Shown here: positions 10,182 to 22,850 of the stretch, in pieces
How positions within the stretch are numbered: position 1 is the first letter of the stretch
Layout of the letters: each line of letters opens with the position of its first letter
NCBI GenBank assembly: GCA_011109175.1
Contig: RDEW01000039.1
Location: forward strand, 140,679-204,678
Source of the DNA: Dicyema japonicum
Taxonomy: Eukaryota > Animalia > Dicyemida
Direction of reading: 5' to 3'
DNA length: 64,000 bases
Notes under the pieces: generated by a model
Database searches by the model: none
Seen by the model: the letters and a program-made list of their open reading frames with translations, nothing else
Told to the model about the DNA's origin: nothing
Made by a program: the position numbers and the translations under genes

Positions 10182-11868
10182 ATGTTAAAAGCTATTCGGA
10201 GACATTTATCAAAGCATATTTTTTCCGACAGCGAAATAAACATACCAGCCACACAATTTAACTGGGATTACTTCAGCAATAAGGAAAACTTGGAGGAAAT
10301 AAAAGCGAATATTGATAGCAGAAAGTCCTCGTGTGATTTCCGCGCTTTTGTATTCTTAAATGTGATTTTAGCGCGAAATGCTAGACACGAATGATTTTGA
10401 AAAGGTAAAGTAGAAATCAATTTTGTAGCTTAAGGAAAATCCCAAATTTATTCGACTGATGAAAAAAATGCCAAATTTCACAGATTCGCGATCGGTTTCG
10501 GTTACTTTGACTATTTAAGCCTATTGGAGATGAGTCGTGTGCCGAGGAAATCGGTTTTGGTGGAGCAAAGCGAGGTTTATGTGATTTATGTGATTTTTAA
10601 AGTAAGAATTCAAATTTCAACCTCGATCAGCTTCCGTAATATGTGCTTTTCTGGGACAGCTAAGGACCTCGTTTATTTTTCAAATTAACATTTTAGAAAT
10701 ACTGGAGTCATCACTGGTCCTCGATCATATTACCTATTAAGTCAGTTGGCTGAGCTGGAAGAGGCTATTTGTGAGTATGCTGTTGACTTTGTTCAGAAAA
10801 GAGTTGATTGAGATTTTACTCGTAGGGATTTCAGCTTATCACTGTCCCTGAAATTTTAAATGGTGGAATTATTGTAGACTTTTGTCATTACAGTCTATTA
10901 GGAGTGCTGTGGAGTTGTAAATGACAGTGATCGATCTTTGGTGTATCATCTTGAGCCAGAGTATTTTGGCCACAATGCACTTTCTGGGACATCTGAGCTC
11001 GCCTTGGCTGGGTTAAATCAAAATAGTTTATTCTCAGAGGATCAACTGCCGATCAAGTTTATAAAATTGTGAGATTCTAGATTGACTGCTTGTTCTCGCT
11101 GTTATAGAGCCGAAGTAAGCACTGTTGAGGACGAAAAGGGATATACAGAGTCCATCAGTTCTCAAAGGCAGTTCATTAAACTTCATCGACAGGTAGAAAT
11201 GTTTGGAATCACGACTCAACATCAAAGTAAAGACTTCTTAGAGGAGTTATTGGCTATCCAGCGAGAAATCTTTGAAAGCTTAGGAATTCACTATCGGTTT
11301 GTCGTTGGTTGACTCAGAGTTCTTAATATGCCTTCTGAGGAATTAGGGGCTTCAGCTTACTCTAAATACGACATCGAGGCTTGGATACCTTCGAGTGGTT
11401 CATACGGAGAGGTCACACTATTCTTTATTTTAGGTATCGAGTTGTTCAAATTGTACTGATTATCAGTCCAGACGACTTCTTATTCGCTATAAGGACAGTG
11501 AGGGAACCACAAGATTCGCCCATACTGTAAGTTTGTGGCTGATGTGTGTTCTAGCTGAATGCGACTGCTGTAGCCTTACCTCGTTTGTTAATTCCATTGA
11601 TTGAGACCCATCAGACTCCAGTTAGCTCATATATTTTTTACTTTAGAGATATTCTGTTGATATTCCGTCTGTTCTCCATCCTTATTTGTCTGACGGAACT
11701 AAACAGTTGACTGAACAGAGCAAAATAATTATGCATTTCAATAAGGCTCTCCCAAAGTTGACGATAATTTTTAAATTTTTTTGTTTTTTTATTCCGTTTT
11801 CTGTGCATTTCGTTAATGGTTATTTTTTTAAATTCTTCAATTCAAGTAGGCACATAGCACTACACTAA
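10182..11868 (+). CDS. SARS2: Mitochondrial seryl-tRNA synthetase; 13 micro-introns; 3' end uncertain
   Basis: Spliced product contains [38 protein letters not shown](I)[43 protein letters not shown] and [20 protein letters not shown]. Introns are 21-32 nt. One -1 frame break at 11138-11140. Confidence 0.92.
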
Positions 11869-13085
11869 CGTTGACGCCACGTGGCATAGTTCCCAATAAT
11901 TGTGATACAAGTATCCAATTTGAGCAATTATTTGATTTTTCTATCATTAGAAATTACAATTTAACGGTTAACTGGATTACTATTTGGAATTCATTAGATT
12001 TGTCTCAAGCTGTTCAGATTCTTTTGCTACTACAGACTTTAGGTTGTAAAGAGTTTTAAAATTACTCCGCAATATAATCAAGAATGCTATTAACTTTTTT
12101 TGGTCGCATTCGAGTCCCAATAGACAATCCGGTTCCGCAGTGATCGGTCACTAATAACACCGTTACTTTTCAAAGCCAGGAAGATGTATGGAACTTCACC
12201 AAGAATGGACAGTAGCGAAATTCAAACCCACTCAATCTTGTCATAGATGGAGAACATGGCTCCCTTAGTAAATTTCTAACATTTTTATTATCATATCTTC
12301 CGCCTTATTTTAAAAAGTTAATGAATAAACTGAGGAATGAAGGAATTTGGCAAGGATAATATATTTTAATGGCTACAGTTTGAAAATTAACCTAGACGTT
12401 AGTTTTTGCATTCCCCTGTCTTCTTGACAATATAAAAATACTTCCACTTAAAACTGATCAAAAATCAAATTGACTTAAAAATTACAGCAAAACATGATAA
12501 TCGATTATTACTTTTTATACTATGTAGCTATGGAATTATTGATCAGTAAAAGACAAACCAGCCAATTATTTTGAATGAGGCTACAAAACGTCATTTTTTG
12601 GTCTGTGGTAATTTTCATTAATTCCGCAAGTCAATGTTTTCTTTTTGAATTCTAAAAACAAATCCTGTAGAGAGTGAAAACTGGAAAATATAATAACAGA
12701 CATTAGCTTAAGGACAGTGAAGTGTTTTAGAAACGGATAATTAAAAATCACTCAAGTGTGACTAATATACATTAAATATTATCTTTAAAGAAATGACGCA
12801 ATAAAAGTCTAAATTTATTAATTTAAGAGTAAATCGAAAAACACAAGTAGGAAGGGAGAAAAGTAAAACTTAAAAATAAAATTTACTATAAATTATTACT
12901 TTGATAGAAAAATTTATAATAATTTTAAAATAAAATCTCTTTAAAAAATTAATATTTTAAAATAAAAAATTCAAAAGTTCTCTAAAATATTAAATCATTG
13001 AAATATCGAATTATCAAATATTAATATATTTTATTATCAATTATTTAATTAAAATTTTAATTTAAATTTTTAAATAAAATATTAA

Positions 13086-14409
13086 ATGCAACAAAATGAC
13101 GTTTGGTTAGAAAAAATATTTTATTCCTGTGGAGGGGACGAAAATGACATAGTTGACAAAGATTTTCTTATCACAAAACTTAAGTCAATTAATATTGAGG
13201 ATGAGAATAAAAGACATGTAAAACAATTTGTGGTTTATATTTAAGATTATGAATGAATTTATTAAATCAATAGAAAATTTCGCCATTGAAAAGGTAAAAA
13301 TTAACTTTTTCGACTTTAAAACATGTTTTTCTTCCATTTCAGTGAATTCTCACGGAAATTCAAAAAACGTAAAAATCATATTAAATCTAGAATTTCCAAA
13401 ATCGGAATCCCGTCTTGAGGTTGATTATATTTCTGACTTAAAGATATGACGACAATGATGAATTAGAAGCTGACCAAAGGCAATATTACGCACTCATACT
13501 TAGATTTCCGACCGTTGAGCCAAATCTCGTGTCCGAGGTCATCGTCCATTTCACGTGTAGATTGAGGGCATCAAACATAAGCTTTCGTTGTTCGAAAATT
13601 CTCTAGAAAATAAGAATTCTATCAATCTGAGGTTGTCTTTTTAATATATATAAGGCTTTCCGTGGTAGAGTCTCAGCTGGAGGAACTCCTGATCTCGGAC
13701 TCCAGGCAAGAAGTTAGGGGGTGCCGCGAAACCCCGGAAATCGGCAAATCAATTGACGACATTTATTCAATGTACGGTTACTGCTTATCGGAGATTGAAA
13801 CAAAAAGACTACGAGTTCTCTCTCCTGGAAAACAAGATTAAGGAATCAAACGTTGATAAAAACGTGATTTTTTTATTTTTTAATTATTCAGTTGGATAAA
13901 GTTTACGGGACATTAAACCACGTGGCTGAGCATTTCAACTCTCTCAAAGCCGACCACGTCTATCTTTTGGAGAAGTACATGAACCTGGTTTACGAGTTGG
14001 AGGCTGAAAAGCGAAAGGTGATTGAACTGACTGAGAAACTGAAGAAATCTCAAGAAGCGGCTGAAATGGTGAGTAGCGAGAAGATTAAATGTTTATCGAA
14101 AATTTCGGAATTTCTTGGAGTCAATTCACCGTCTGTCGATAATATCATCAACGGAATCGTTGATTTAAGGGAGGTTTTTCGTTTATCTTGTTTCAAGGAG
14201 AGAGAATCACTGCAATGTGAGATGACAATAATTCGTCGAGGGAATCTTTAAATTTCATGGACGCTGATGTTAGAAATTTTTTTATTTTGTAGAATTCGCT
14301 GCAAGTTGGATCTCTATTGGAGGAGAAGCATAATTTGATTTTGTACATTGAGAAGCTGGTAGATCGGATAATGCTAAAAAACCCAGAATTGCTCGAAAAA
14401 CTTGAATAA
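13086..14409 (+). CDS. Rab11 family-interacting protein 3/4 (Nuf)-like coiled-coil protein; spliced
   Basis: Exons joined by 22-28 nt introns encode a long coiled coil ending LILYIEKLVDRIMLKNPELLEKLE*, matching the FIP-RBD motif (YIDxIIxxIMExNPxILE). One frame junction near 14210-14250 is unresolved. Confidence 0.65.
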
Positions 14410-14754
14410 GATGCCTTTTTCAATATTTTATGTTGTTTTAACTTTTAATATTTGTATATTTCTTTATTATATTTATTCAAACTCAGGATCTTGTCTTGGA
14501 GTCAAACGATAAGATTTCATGGTTGTATTTACTGCTAACCGTTTTGACTTTTTCATTTTTAGAGTCATGTTAACGAGGACTCTCCAACTCGTGGTACTCT
14601 CACAGCTGAGTCTTAACTAAGTGTTGGTTCATCCGTGAGGATAGGGCAAAGAGTGACTCTTCTTCCAAATCCCACACGTCGTCGGCGAGTCACATGACAT
14701 TTTCAAACAATTAAAATTATTCCAAAGACCAAGGGGATAAATTAAGTAATTCCT

Positions 14755-15008
14755 CGTCTCTTCCTATTAGGAAGGCGTCATTTGATCGACCTGTCTAGGT
14801 GGCGCCCAGTGCCTGGCTGGCACGAAAATGGATCATTTGCGCTCCCCACTCAACTAAAGGGGTTTCCACAACTGCAAGTATGGACGTCTTTTACCCTTTA
14901 TGTTAATTCCGGATGACTCTGTTTCTGTAGTAGTGGAAACTGGATACACTTAATTAGTTGTTTACCTTAACTTCCTTCTCGGTGTATCCGGGGTTATTAA
15001 ATTAATTA
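14755..15008 (+). mobile_element. SINE-like family B, 5'-truncated copy
   Basis: Highly similar to the reverse complement of 35487-35815; ends TCGGTGTATCCGGGGTTATTAAATT. Confidence 0.8.
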
Positions 15009-15190
15009 ACGTATCTACGATGCTTCTGGGTTGAAGTGTGATACCGTCATCAGTGTTTGTCTTCTGCGGAACTGGATTGTCTTCTGGGACTCGCACACAA
15101 GAAAATAAAAGAACGAGAAGTCAAAAACCTTTTCAATGCCTCGGATTGATTAACATGACTGTTCTTGTTTCTTAAATAAAGTGTGAGTTC
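15009..15190 (+). mobile_element. SINE family A, truncated copy
   Basis: ATCTACGATGC..CCGTCATCAGTG..CTGCGGAACTGGATTGTC..AAATAAAGTGTG. Confidence 0.7.
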
Positions 15191-15213
15191 TAAGGTGAGG
15201 TTTAATGGAAACA

Positions 15214-15480
15214 TTAATAGGCTGCTGTGTAGTTAGAGGCCCGCAGCCCTAACTGTCTGGTTATTCCCCAAAGATTGCGAGGAAAATCCGTTTGAATAAT
15301 CAGCATCGTTTGTGATGGTCCCCTGAGGATGCTGAGATGTTTTTCATAGAAATCATAAGACAAGAGTCTGGAGCCACCGGAAGTTTCAATAGCCAGAGGA
15401 ACAAATGTTATCTCACCAGAAAGGTACTTCCTGAGCTTCAATTTACTTATTAACGTCCAGTACCGAGATGGCATTAAAAA
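15214..15480 (-). mobile_element. CRE-like retrotransposon 3' fragment
   Basis: LRKY..ITFVPLAIETSGG, the C-terminal RLE motif. Confidence 0.6.
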
Positions 15481-16349
15481 GCATCATTTGTTCTCCCCCA
15501 CTCTATCGGATGAGTTCTCATAACTGCAAGGACTGGATGTGCTCCTTTCCGTTGGTTCTGAATGAACTCGTATGTAATATATCCGTTTTCTGGAGTTCAT
15601 ATTTTCGAACAGAAAATCACTCGAGGTATCTTCTGGATTTCTTATGTAAGGGTACTGATTGGCAGAAAGATTCCTAGTATTTAAGTCGTAAACCTGATAT
15701 AAATGAGAATTCTCTGTGCAAATTGACTCGTCGGTATTTATATGTCACCTTAGGGTAAGTATAGTTATTAACCCAGTTTCCCTAACAAGAAACTTGCGAC
15801 CATTGGGAAGCATGCCCCTAAGGCAGATCGCTCCATGGGATCCTACACGTCCAGTGGGCGGGCAAGTAAGAGGATCATCGAAATGAAGGATCTTTTGGAA
15901 GTAAAAACTTAGCACTCACATAACAGTCGCCATCGAGAGTTTTTTAAGAGGGTCTAATAGGAAAAGTGGGCGGTCCATTTTGTTGCAAATTTTATGATAC
16001 AAACATACGAGAGGACACAACTAGAATGTGAACCACAGCGTTATCTCAATTATTACTATCGATGATTGGTGAAGATGATTAACTGCTTACCAATTGGTTA
16101 ATTGGTAGGAAGGTTGAGGTGGTAATTTGCGTAAAATTTCTACTTGGTTTCATGACGGATGAAATCATAGAAAGTGTCAAATGCACGTGGGATCTGGGTC
16201 CGAAACCTCGTCTAGTCAAAAATTGAAAGAATTTGTGGATAATCATCAGAAGCTGCACGGATGATAGTTATGATTCCATGTATTTTTCCTGGAATAATCC
16301 CTCTGGGATAAAAATCATTATTTTCAATTATTCCACAGACAGACGGTAA

Positions 16350-16860
16350 AGCCAAACTAACTAATTCCGTGATCCTGACGTGTTCCAATAGAGCCCTTAT
16401 CCAAGTACAGTATCCAGAAGACATTGTCTGGGAAGCTAAGGTCGAACTCAGAACTCGTCGCCAATGTCATTTTGGACTCAAATCCATCAACTTTGTGGTC
16501 ATGACTGTGGTCTACTTTGTTGATCCGTAAACTGTTATTTATAAAAATCATAGCTGTTCTAGAAATTCCCAAAAATACTAGTAATATTACATCGAAAAAA
16601 GACAATCTCTTATTTTGACTTTCCACAAATGTTTCAGCGTCAAAATTTCGTCTTTAACTTTGAAGACTGTTCTCTAACGATGGCCTTCTCCTTTTCAAAC
16701 CATATCCCTGATATACTCACGAATTACTTCGAGACCTCTCTATTTTCCTAGACATCCATCATTTCATTTAGACTCCTACGTAAAGACGTCCTAATCGATA
16801 TTTTTAAATCACTACGGCTTAAAAACTGAAGGTTAAAAAGAAAGTTGAGAAAATAAATCC
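16350..16860 (-). mobile_element. LINE family C (I/Jockey group) 3' end
   Basis: Ends LLEHVRITELVSL / GGATCACGGAATTAGTTAGTTT, homologous to LLERAGIT*LVS at 26438 and 41420. Confidence 0.45.
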
Positions 16861-17224
16861 TAACATATTTCCATGAAATTATTGGGAATCTAAAAATTCC
16901 TTACTGGGAAAATCTGAAGATTGGATCTGTGAATTATTTTGAATTTATTGTTTGTAACAATTTTAACCGAAAAAAGAAACACAGACACTACCTGCAGAGA
17001 GACGGTTGTAATTCCACTGACGACGGCCATTGAAAACCATCTCGTGCATTTTTGGAAGAAGGGTCGTGCAGTGATCGAATTTTTGATTTCGTTAACGACC
17101 TGTTTGTCCATTCTCACAAACACTCGAATGCGATTGGGGAGATATGGAAATGATCTTGAATGGATAAATCCTAAAACTAATTTTGTGGTAAATGTTTATT
17201 ATGGTTTTAATTATTTTTAATTTA

Positions 17225-17571
17225 ATTTATTGAATTAAAAAACCACCGTCATATCCAAAAACAAAATTTCATATGATCCCAGCCTCCCTCAACAGTCTTT
17301 TCTCGTGTTCCGATTGCGTTCATCCGCATTCTCCTGACATGACGAGTCTCCTTCGGAAAAGTGCACGGATGTGTAGGAAGAGCCGTCCAGGGGGAACTCC
17401 TCTGGATGGTCGTTGACAATTGGTTCTTTTTGGATACACTTTTGACTTGTATCTGACGCCACCAGACAAGGCGAACCACATGAAGCACGCTAATTAAGTG
17501 AATTATGAACAGACGAGCATAACAGAGACTTCAAACCAATTTGCCACGAAACATTACATGGCGCCACGCGG
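17225..17571 (-). mobile_element. SINE-like family B, divergent subfamily
   Basis: Starts with the identical CCGCGTGGCGCCATGT and stays loosely alignable to 35487-35815 along its length. Confidence 0.6.
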
Positions 17572-18553
17572 CGAAATTAATTGTATTCAGTTTTGATTGC
17601 TAGAATAAATGAAAATTGTAAGTTGAGGGACAATTGAAATATCATGTGTCCTGCCTCGAAGACCGTGAGCTCTTCATTGATGTCGCTCATTTTGAATGCT
17701 CTTATTATTATTTGCAACATACATAGAATCATATTAACTACCATTTTAAAAATACAGTTCCGACGGGGGATCTCCAAGTTCTTTCTTTCAATTTTTGGTC
17801 GGACGAGAGTCGAGGCAGAATCTAGGTCCATTCGACCCTTTCTTTGTTCAGAACTTGATATTTCGATGTCTTTAGAGTCGTCATCTCCATCCATGATAAC
17901 GAAATAATAAAGACAAAGGCTTTCACCCACCATGAAGCAAGGTAGACATTTTGTACAATAGGTCACCACCTCAGTCTTCCAACCAATTAACCACTCGGCT
18001 AACTGCCCATAATTCACTAGATGGCTCTGCACTCATGAATTATTCAGTGATAACTAATATGATTACTTTGATGCTCTACTTAGTCAGTTTAGCTGTATTT
18101 ACTAAAATTACATGAAATTATCCATCCCGTGATCCTGACGATTTACATTAGAACCCTCATCCAGGCACAGTGATCAGATAACATTGACGAGAAGCTGTAT
18201 GCTGGCCAGCCATTGAGCGGTGGATCCGATGACGCCACCAGAAGGAAGAAAAAGAAATCTTGAATCAAATAGCCACAAGGTACCACATAATACAGAAAAA
18301 ATCGTGAATATATTTACTAAAATAACCCTCTGTCCATATGGCATCTCCAGGCTCTGCCTCCTATACTCCAGTGTCAGGTTCTCTAGGGTCCGGTTTAATA
18401 CAGTGAATTTACTAAAATAATAATGAGAAAAGAATTTTAGTATTAAATAAAATATTAAATAGTTAAATAGAAGAAAGTCTCCTTTCTATGTTGGCATATG
18501 CCAAAAGGACAGAACTAGATCAAAGGATGACCTAGTTTGCCTAATAAGAGCAT

Positions 18554-19025
18554 TTAATATCCCCTTGAACACAACCTATCGGTTATTGCACGGAATATTT
18601 TTCGTGCAATTTCAAGCTGTTTCGATGTTATAATAAGGCCGACGACAAGCATTGTCTTGGAAGAAGCAATCAAATAAAATTTCCGACCATTAAAGGCAAT
18701 GAGGATGTTCAAGTCGACCTCTTTTATGATGTGGGTGCATCCGTTAATTTTAAGGATCTTTTGCTTTACGCTGTCTCCCCGACCAATGTTATCTAGCATT
18801 TTCTACACAGAGAATTTTGAATTTTGAGATTTATACTTTAATTTCCGTGTGGGGCAATTTAAAATCCGGAGAGGAGGTCGCCAAGAGGGATCCATTATGC
18901 CGATACATAGCAGCTGCCGAAAAATTGGCGTATTTGTTGTTAACCAAATAGTCGATCCAATAATTCCATACAACACTTTTATTGTTACTCAACTGTGCAA
19001 TTGGTTGGCAGAGAATTGCGTCCAT
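18554..19025 (-). CDS. Divergent profilin; 2 exons
   Basis: VWNYWIDYLVNNKYANFSAAAMYRHNGSLLATS.., a 34-nt intron, then ..LKINGCTHIIKEVD..YLIASSKTMLVVGL..ITDRLCSRGY*. Profilin-type N- and C-terminal motifs; about 145 aa. Confidence 0.7.
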
Positions 19026-19333
19026 TATTAATAAGTTGCGATCTAATTTCTTATATATCACATTTTGCGGTTACAAAATTACCCGGTTTTTTTGCGTAAA
19101 ATCTTTTACCAAAAATCAAGACAAAAATACAAATTTCGACTTTTCCTTTAATTTTACGAATTTTATTCTTAAATTGGATTTTCGGATTTAATGTTTTAAT
19201 GTGTAAATTATGACAATAAAATAACGGAAAAAAATACTTAAAATTTTATAAAATTGAAAAAATTACACAGAATATTTTAGTATTTCTAAACATCAAGTAT
19301 TTTATGGCGGAAAATTTTCGTCAGTATAATCTC

Positions 19334-19567
19334 AAACCCACTCCATTGAGAGGTTTTCTCAACTCCAAGCACTGGGTGTGTTCTCCCTTTCCANCAAACC
19401 CACTCCATTGGAGGGGTTTTCTCAACTCCAAGCACTGGGTGTGTTCTCCCCTTTCCACTCGTTCTGGATAAACTTGTAGAAGGACTCTGCTACTGCGACC
19501 GCAGGAACTGGATGCATTTTATTAGTTGTTATTTTAACTTTTTAGTATATCCTGGCTTACTAAATAA
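19334..19567 (+). mobile_element. SINE-like family B 3' fragment, duplicated across a single N
   Basis: CCCACTCCATTGGAGGGGTTTTCTCAACT occurs twice, followed by the tail GGAACTGGATGCATTTATTAGTTG.. Confidence 0.5.
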
Positions 19568-20149
19568 TTGCCTCAATTAGATTTTTCGAAAAAATGACAA
19601 AAGTGGAATTTAAGGAGAACACTCGATTTTAAGGAATAAAGTTTACTTTCGAATTTGATTTGCTTTCCTTTTCTTTGGAGGTTTCTGGAATAATGGGTGT
19701 GGTTTACATTTATCGGAAATAAATATGCAGAGAACACACATTTCCTTGTTGATAACAATGAATTTAGTCAATAAATACTGGATACACAAGAAAGAAATAA
19801 TAATCTGACATTTGGTTTATAATAATCTATTTATTTTGAAAATCATTTGGTTTATTATTTTATTAAATAAACCACAAATTCCTACAATAATTTATCTGGA
19901 TGCTTAGCTGGTTATGCGGTTTTCATTCTGACATCGGGTTCTCGCGGATTTACCGATCATTTTACTTCTTTAACGTAAACAATGACTTGAAGAAACTACA
20001 GGAGTCTTCAAATGTTCATTGCTGCTCACATCGACACTCAAGCAGGAATTCACTGATCGGTGTAACTTATCCTCCTTCAAATTTCTGACACGTGGTTTAG
20101 GTATAAAAATAAAAATCCACTATGATGGTTAACCAAATCTGATATAGTC

Positions 20150-21790
20150 TAATTTTTGGAATTATCCCTCGCACTCTCCTGGGTCCGCTGAGGAAGCTAA
20201 GTCATCTTTCGATTTTGGTTAATATAAGTGAATCGAAAACCTTTCTTGTAAGTATCTCGGATCTTTGTGGTCAAATCTTCCAGATAATCTTTATAGCGTC
20301 TTAGATTTGTTGGAAACCTATTTCTTTCGGCGATTTTTTGACCTAAAAAGGGATAATTATTATGTTGTGTAATATATAAGCGTTTCGCAGAGCGTTTCAA
20401 ATAACTCCTAAGGAGCCAGCAAACTCCAAGAAAGACTTCAGTTTGGCACGATGATCCTGCCTCTAGCCCACACAAGTACTCATCGGCCGTATAACTGGTT
20501 CCTCGAAGTAAGAGAGATGAATGCTTTTAATAATAATTTTCAATAACAATAACAACGATTTATTAACAAAAGAGTTAAGGAGTTTTCTGGAGGGTATTAC
20601 ATATGAGTCCTACCATAAGGCTTGGAATCCACACACAATAATTTTTGGTTCTTGTTTAGTTGATGAGCGCACTTTCCTGCAAGAAAATCAATATATGAAA
20701 TTTTTTTAGTTAAAAATTAAACATTTAATTTTTATTCACTTAATAGTTTTAATATTCTATTTAATAATTTTTTTTGAATTTTTTACTTTAAGTATGTTGA
20801 TCTTTTGAGAGGCCTTCGTACATTGTTCTTTCATACGTTTCGAAAAAGTTAGTAGTTGGTCATAAATAACTCCAAGTATTTTGGGATGCTTCGTAATGGT
20901 GAGTGGTTGTCCATGAATTGTTAAAATTGGCTGAAAATTTTAGTTGGCGGCAGTTGGACGTGAATACAGTGATGGTGAGCCACTCTTCAAGAGTGTTCAA
21001 ATGGTTTGAACATCCTTCGTTGCTTCGTTAACGTGTTTTTCTTTAGAGGCGAAAATCAGGTCATCCGCATACGATAAAAGTGTCTTGGAATTGGTTGGAA
21101 TGTCGCTTAGGTGCAAGTTGAATACGGTAGGAGACAAAACGGAGCCTTGGAAAACTCCATTTGGAAGGAGTCGATAGTGAGATAGACAGGACATAATTTC
21201 AGCCCGACCATTTCTCCCCGAGAGAAAATTTGTTAGCCAATTTTGAAGACGTGAAGGAATTCGAGATGCAAGAATTTTGTTACTTAGGACCCACCTTGAT
21301 GTTCGATCAAACGCCTTGGTTAGGTCAATCGATGCAAGGATAGTCCGTTTGGGAGGATTACAATTGCGATATATTGAGTTAGGTTAGTGAGATGTGTTGA
21401 TGTGGAGTATTGTGGACGATGTTGAAAATCTGGGAAGAGTAGATATCCGATATTCGTTTTGATACCACACGTTCAACAATTTTTAATACTACAAATAGTA
21501 GTGAAATTGATCTGAAAGATCTCGGATTAAAAGGATTTTTTGGGCTTCAGGATTGGGATTATTTTGGATTTTTTACATAGAGAGGAATTCGGCAGTTGTT
21601 GGTGGACACAGAAATTATGTTTGTCATTGCCTTGAGTCCTTGCATTCCAAGGTGCTTTAAATGCAGATTCCATCAAGCCCTTTGGCAGGAGAGTTTTTGG
21701 CGTTTTGATGAGTTTTTCGACATCAGACGTACTGATTTCAATCTGTTTTCCTTTAGGAGTTTGAACGTTTTTCAATTTGCATGGAAGGGA
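20150..21790 (-). mobile_element. Composite I/Jockey-group LINE remnants (RT plus family C 3' end at about 20400-20515)
   Basis: KSKIIPILKPKK, NGVFQGSVLSPTVFNLHLSDIP..LSYADDL and PVIRPMSTCVGL motifs. Confidence 0.8.
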
Positions 21791-21842
21791 GCATAGAGCA
21801 CTAAATAATAATTATAAAATTTTAAATATTTAATTTTTAACT

Positions 21843-21980
21843 AAAAATCGGGGTGAAATTGGCCCACCGCAAGAAATACGTGCGGGAAGCGGTCTGGCTG
21901 AGGCAACGAATTGGTATCGCAGTTGTCCGCGAAAACGCTTACTCCGTGATATCAGCAGCCGCTCTCCCCCATAGTTAATA
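21843..21980 (+). mobile_element. CRE-like retrotransposon extreme 3' end
   Basis: KIGVKLAHRKKYVREAVWLRQRIGIAVVRENAYSVI (QRIxIAxxRGNA-type terminal motif). Confidence 0.7.
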
Positions 21981-22499
21981 AACAACATTCTATTGTTAAT
22001 AAATTTTTCAACTAAAAAATTATCATATATTGATTTTGTTGAAGTAAAGTGGCGGTCATCAATTGAATAAGTACCTTTTTTCTTTTAGCCTGATTTTTTG
22101 CGAGCATTTAGTTTAAACGGGAGGACCACCGCATCGTAGGTATCTCTAATCTCTTTGAAAATCAGTGACACGTATCGAGTTTCTGACAGCCGTAGCGTCA
22201 AACAGAGGGTCGTCTGGCATGCAAAGGCGTGCCAAAGCTTTCTGTTTCCCGGTGCGAGTGTATAATAATGATGCCCTTATAACTAACTTAAAAAATCTGG
22301 ACTAAATTAATTATAGATGCTGTTAGTTCTACAAGGGAATTCACAGCGAACACGCACTAACTTTCCTTCAATTTGGACCTAACGAGATTTGAACCCAGAC
22401 ATCGATGGATTCGATATTGTTTATTTCCGATGTCTTCATATTCAAGAGATGAAGACATAAGTAAGTCATGCCGTATCAGAACTACGTCATCAACTCAAC

Positions 22500-22850
22500 C
22501 TTATTTATTTACTCCCAGTCCCTTCAAGTTAAGGAAACCGGAAGGCTAACACAAAAGTAGCAACCAAAAGCGGATGCCCTCAGATCATTTAAATGTATTT
22601 ATGTCGCAGAAATTGAAGATGGCCAAAAACAAGAGAAGGGATGGTCATCTAGGAGGCAGAGTAAACCGATTCTGTTCATAGTCATATAAGGCTGTATGAT
22701 GACCACAGCGGAGGTGCGCCAAAACGGACAGAAAGTTCCCGTAGTATGGAAGCTCGTTTCCATCAATGTTAGGGGACGCCCATAAGTTTTTCGATACCAA
22801 TGGTCTTGATGAAACACGTAGCTTAACCTTCTGAGTAATCAAAACACTAT
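22500..22850 (-). mobile_element. I-group LINE 3' fragment with type-E tail
   Basis: LAHLRCGHH motif, then GGTTTCCTTAACTTGAAGGGACTGGGAGTAAATAAATAA. Confidence 0.65.

Noticed and set aside
16357-16626. Penelope-like RT (NKRLSFFDVIL)
   Set aside because: It is a single weak motif, and the segment ends in the family C LINE terminus instead.
17577-18032. 151-aa ORF as a host gene
   Set aside because: No recognisable motif or intron support, and it lies between family B-related repeats. It is not excluded, but I cannot support it.
19334-19456. 60-bp tandem duplication
   Set aside because: The two copies are separated by a single N, typical of an unmerged contig overlap.
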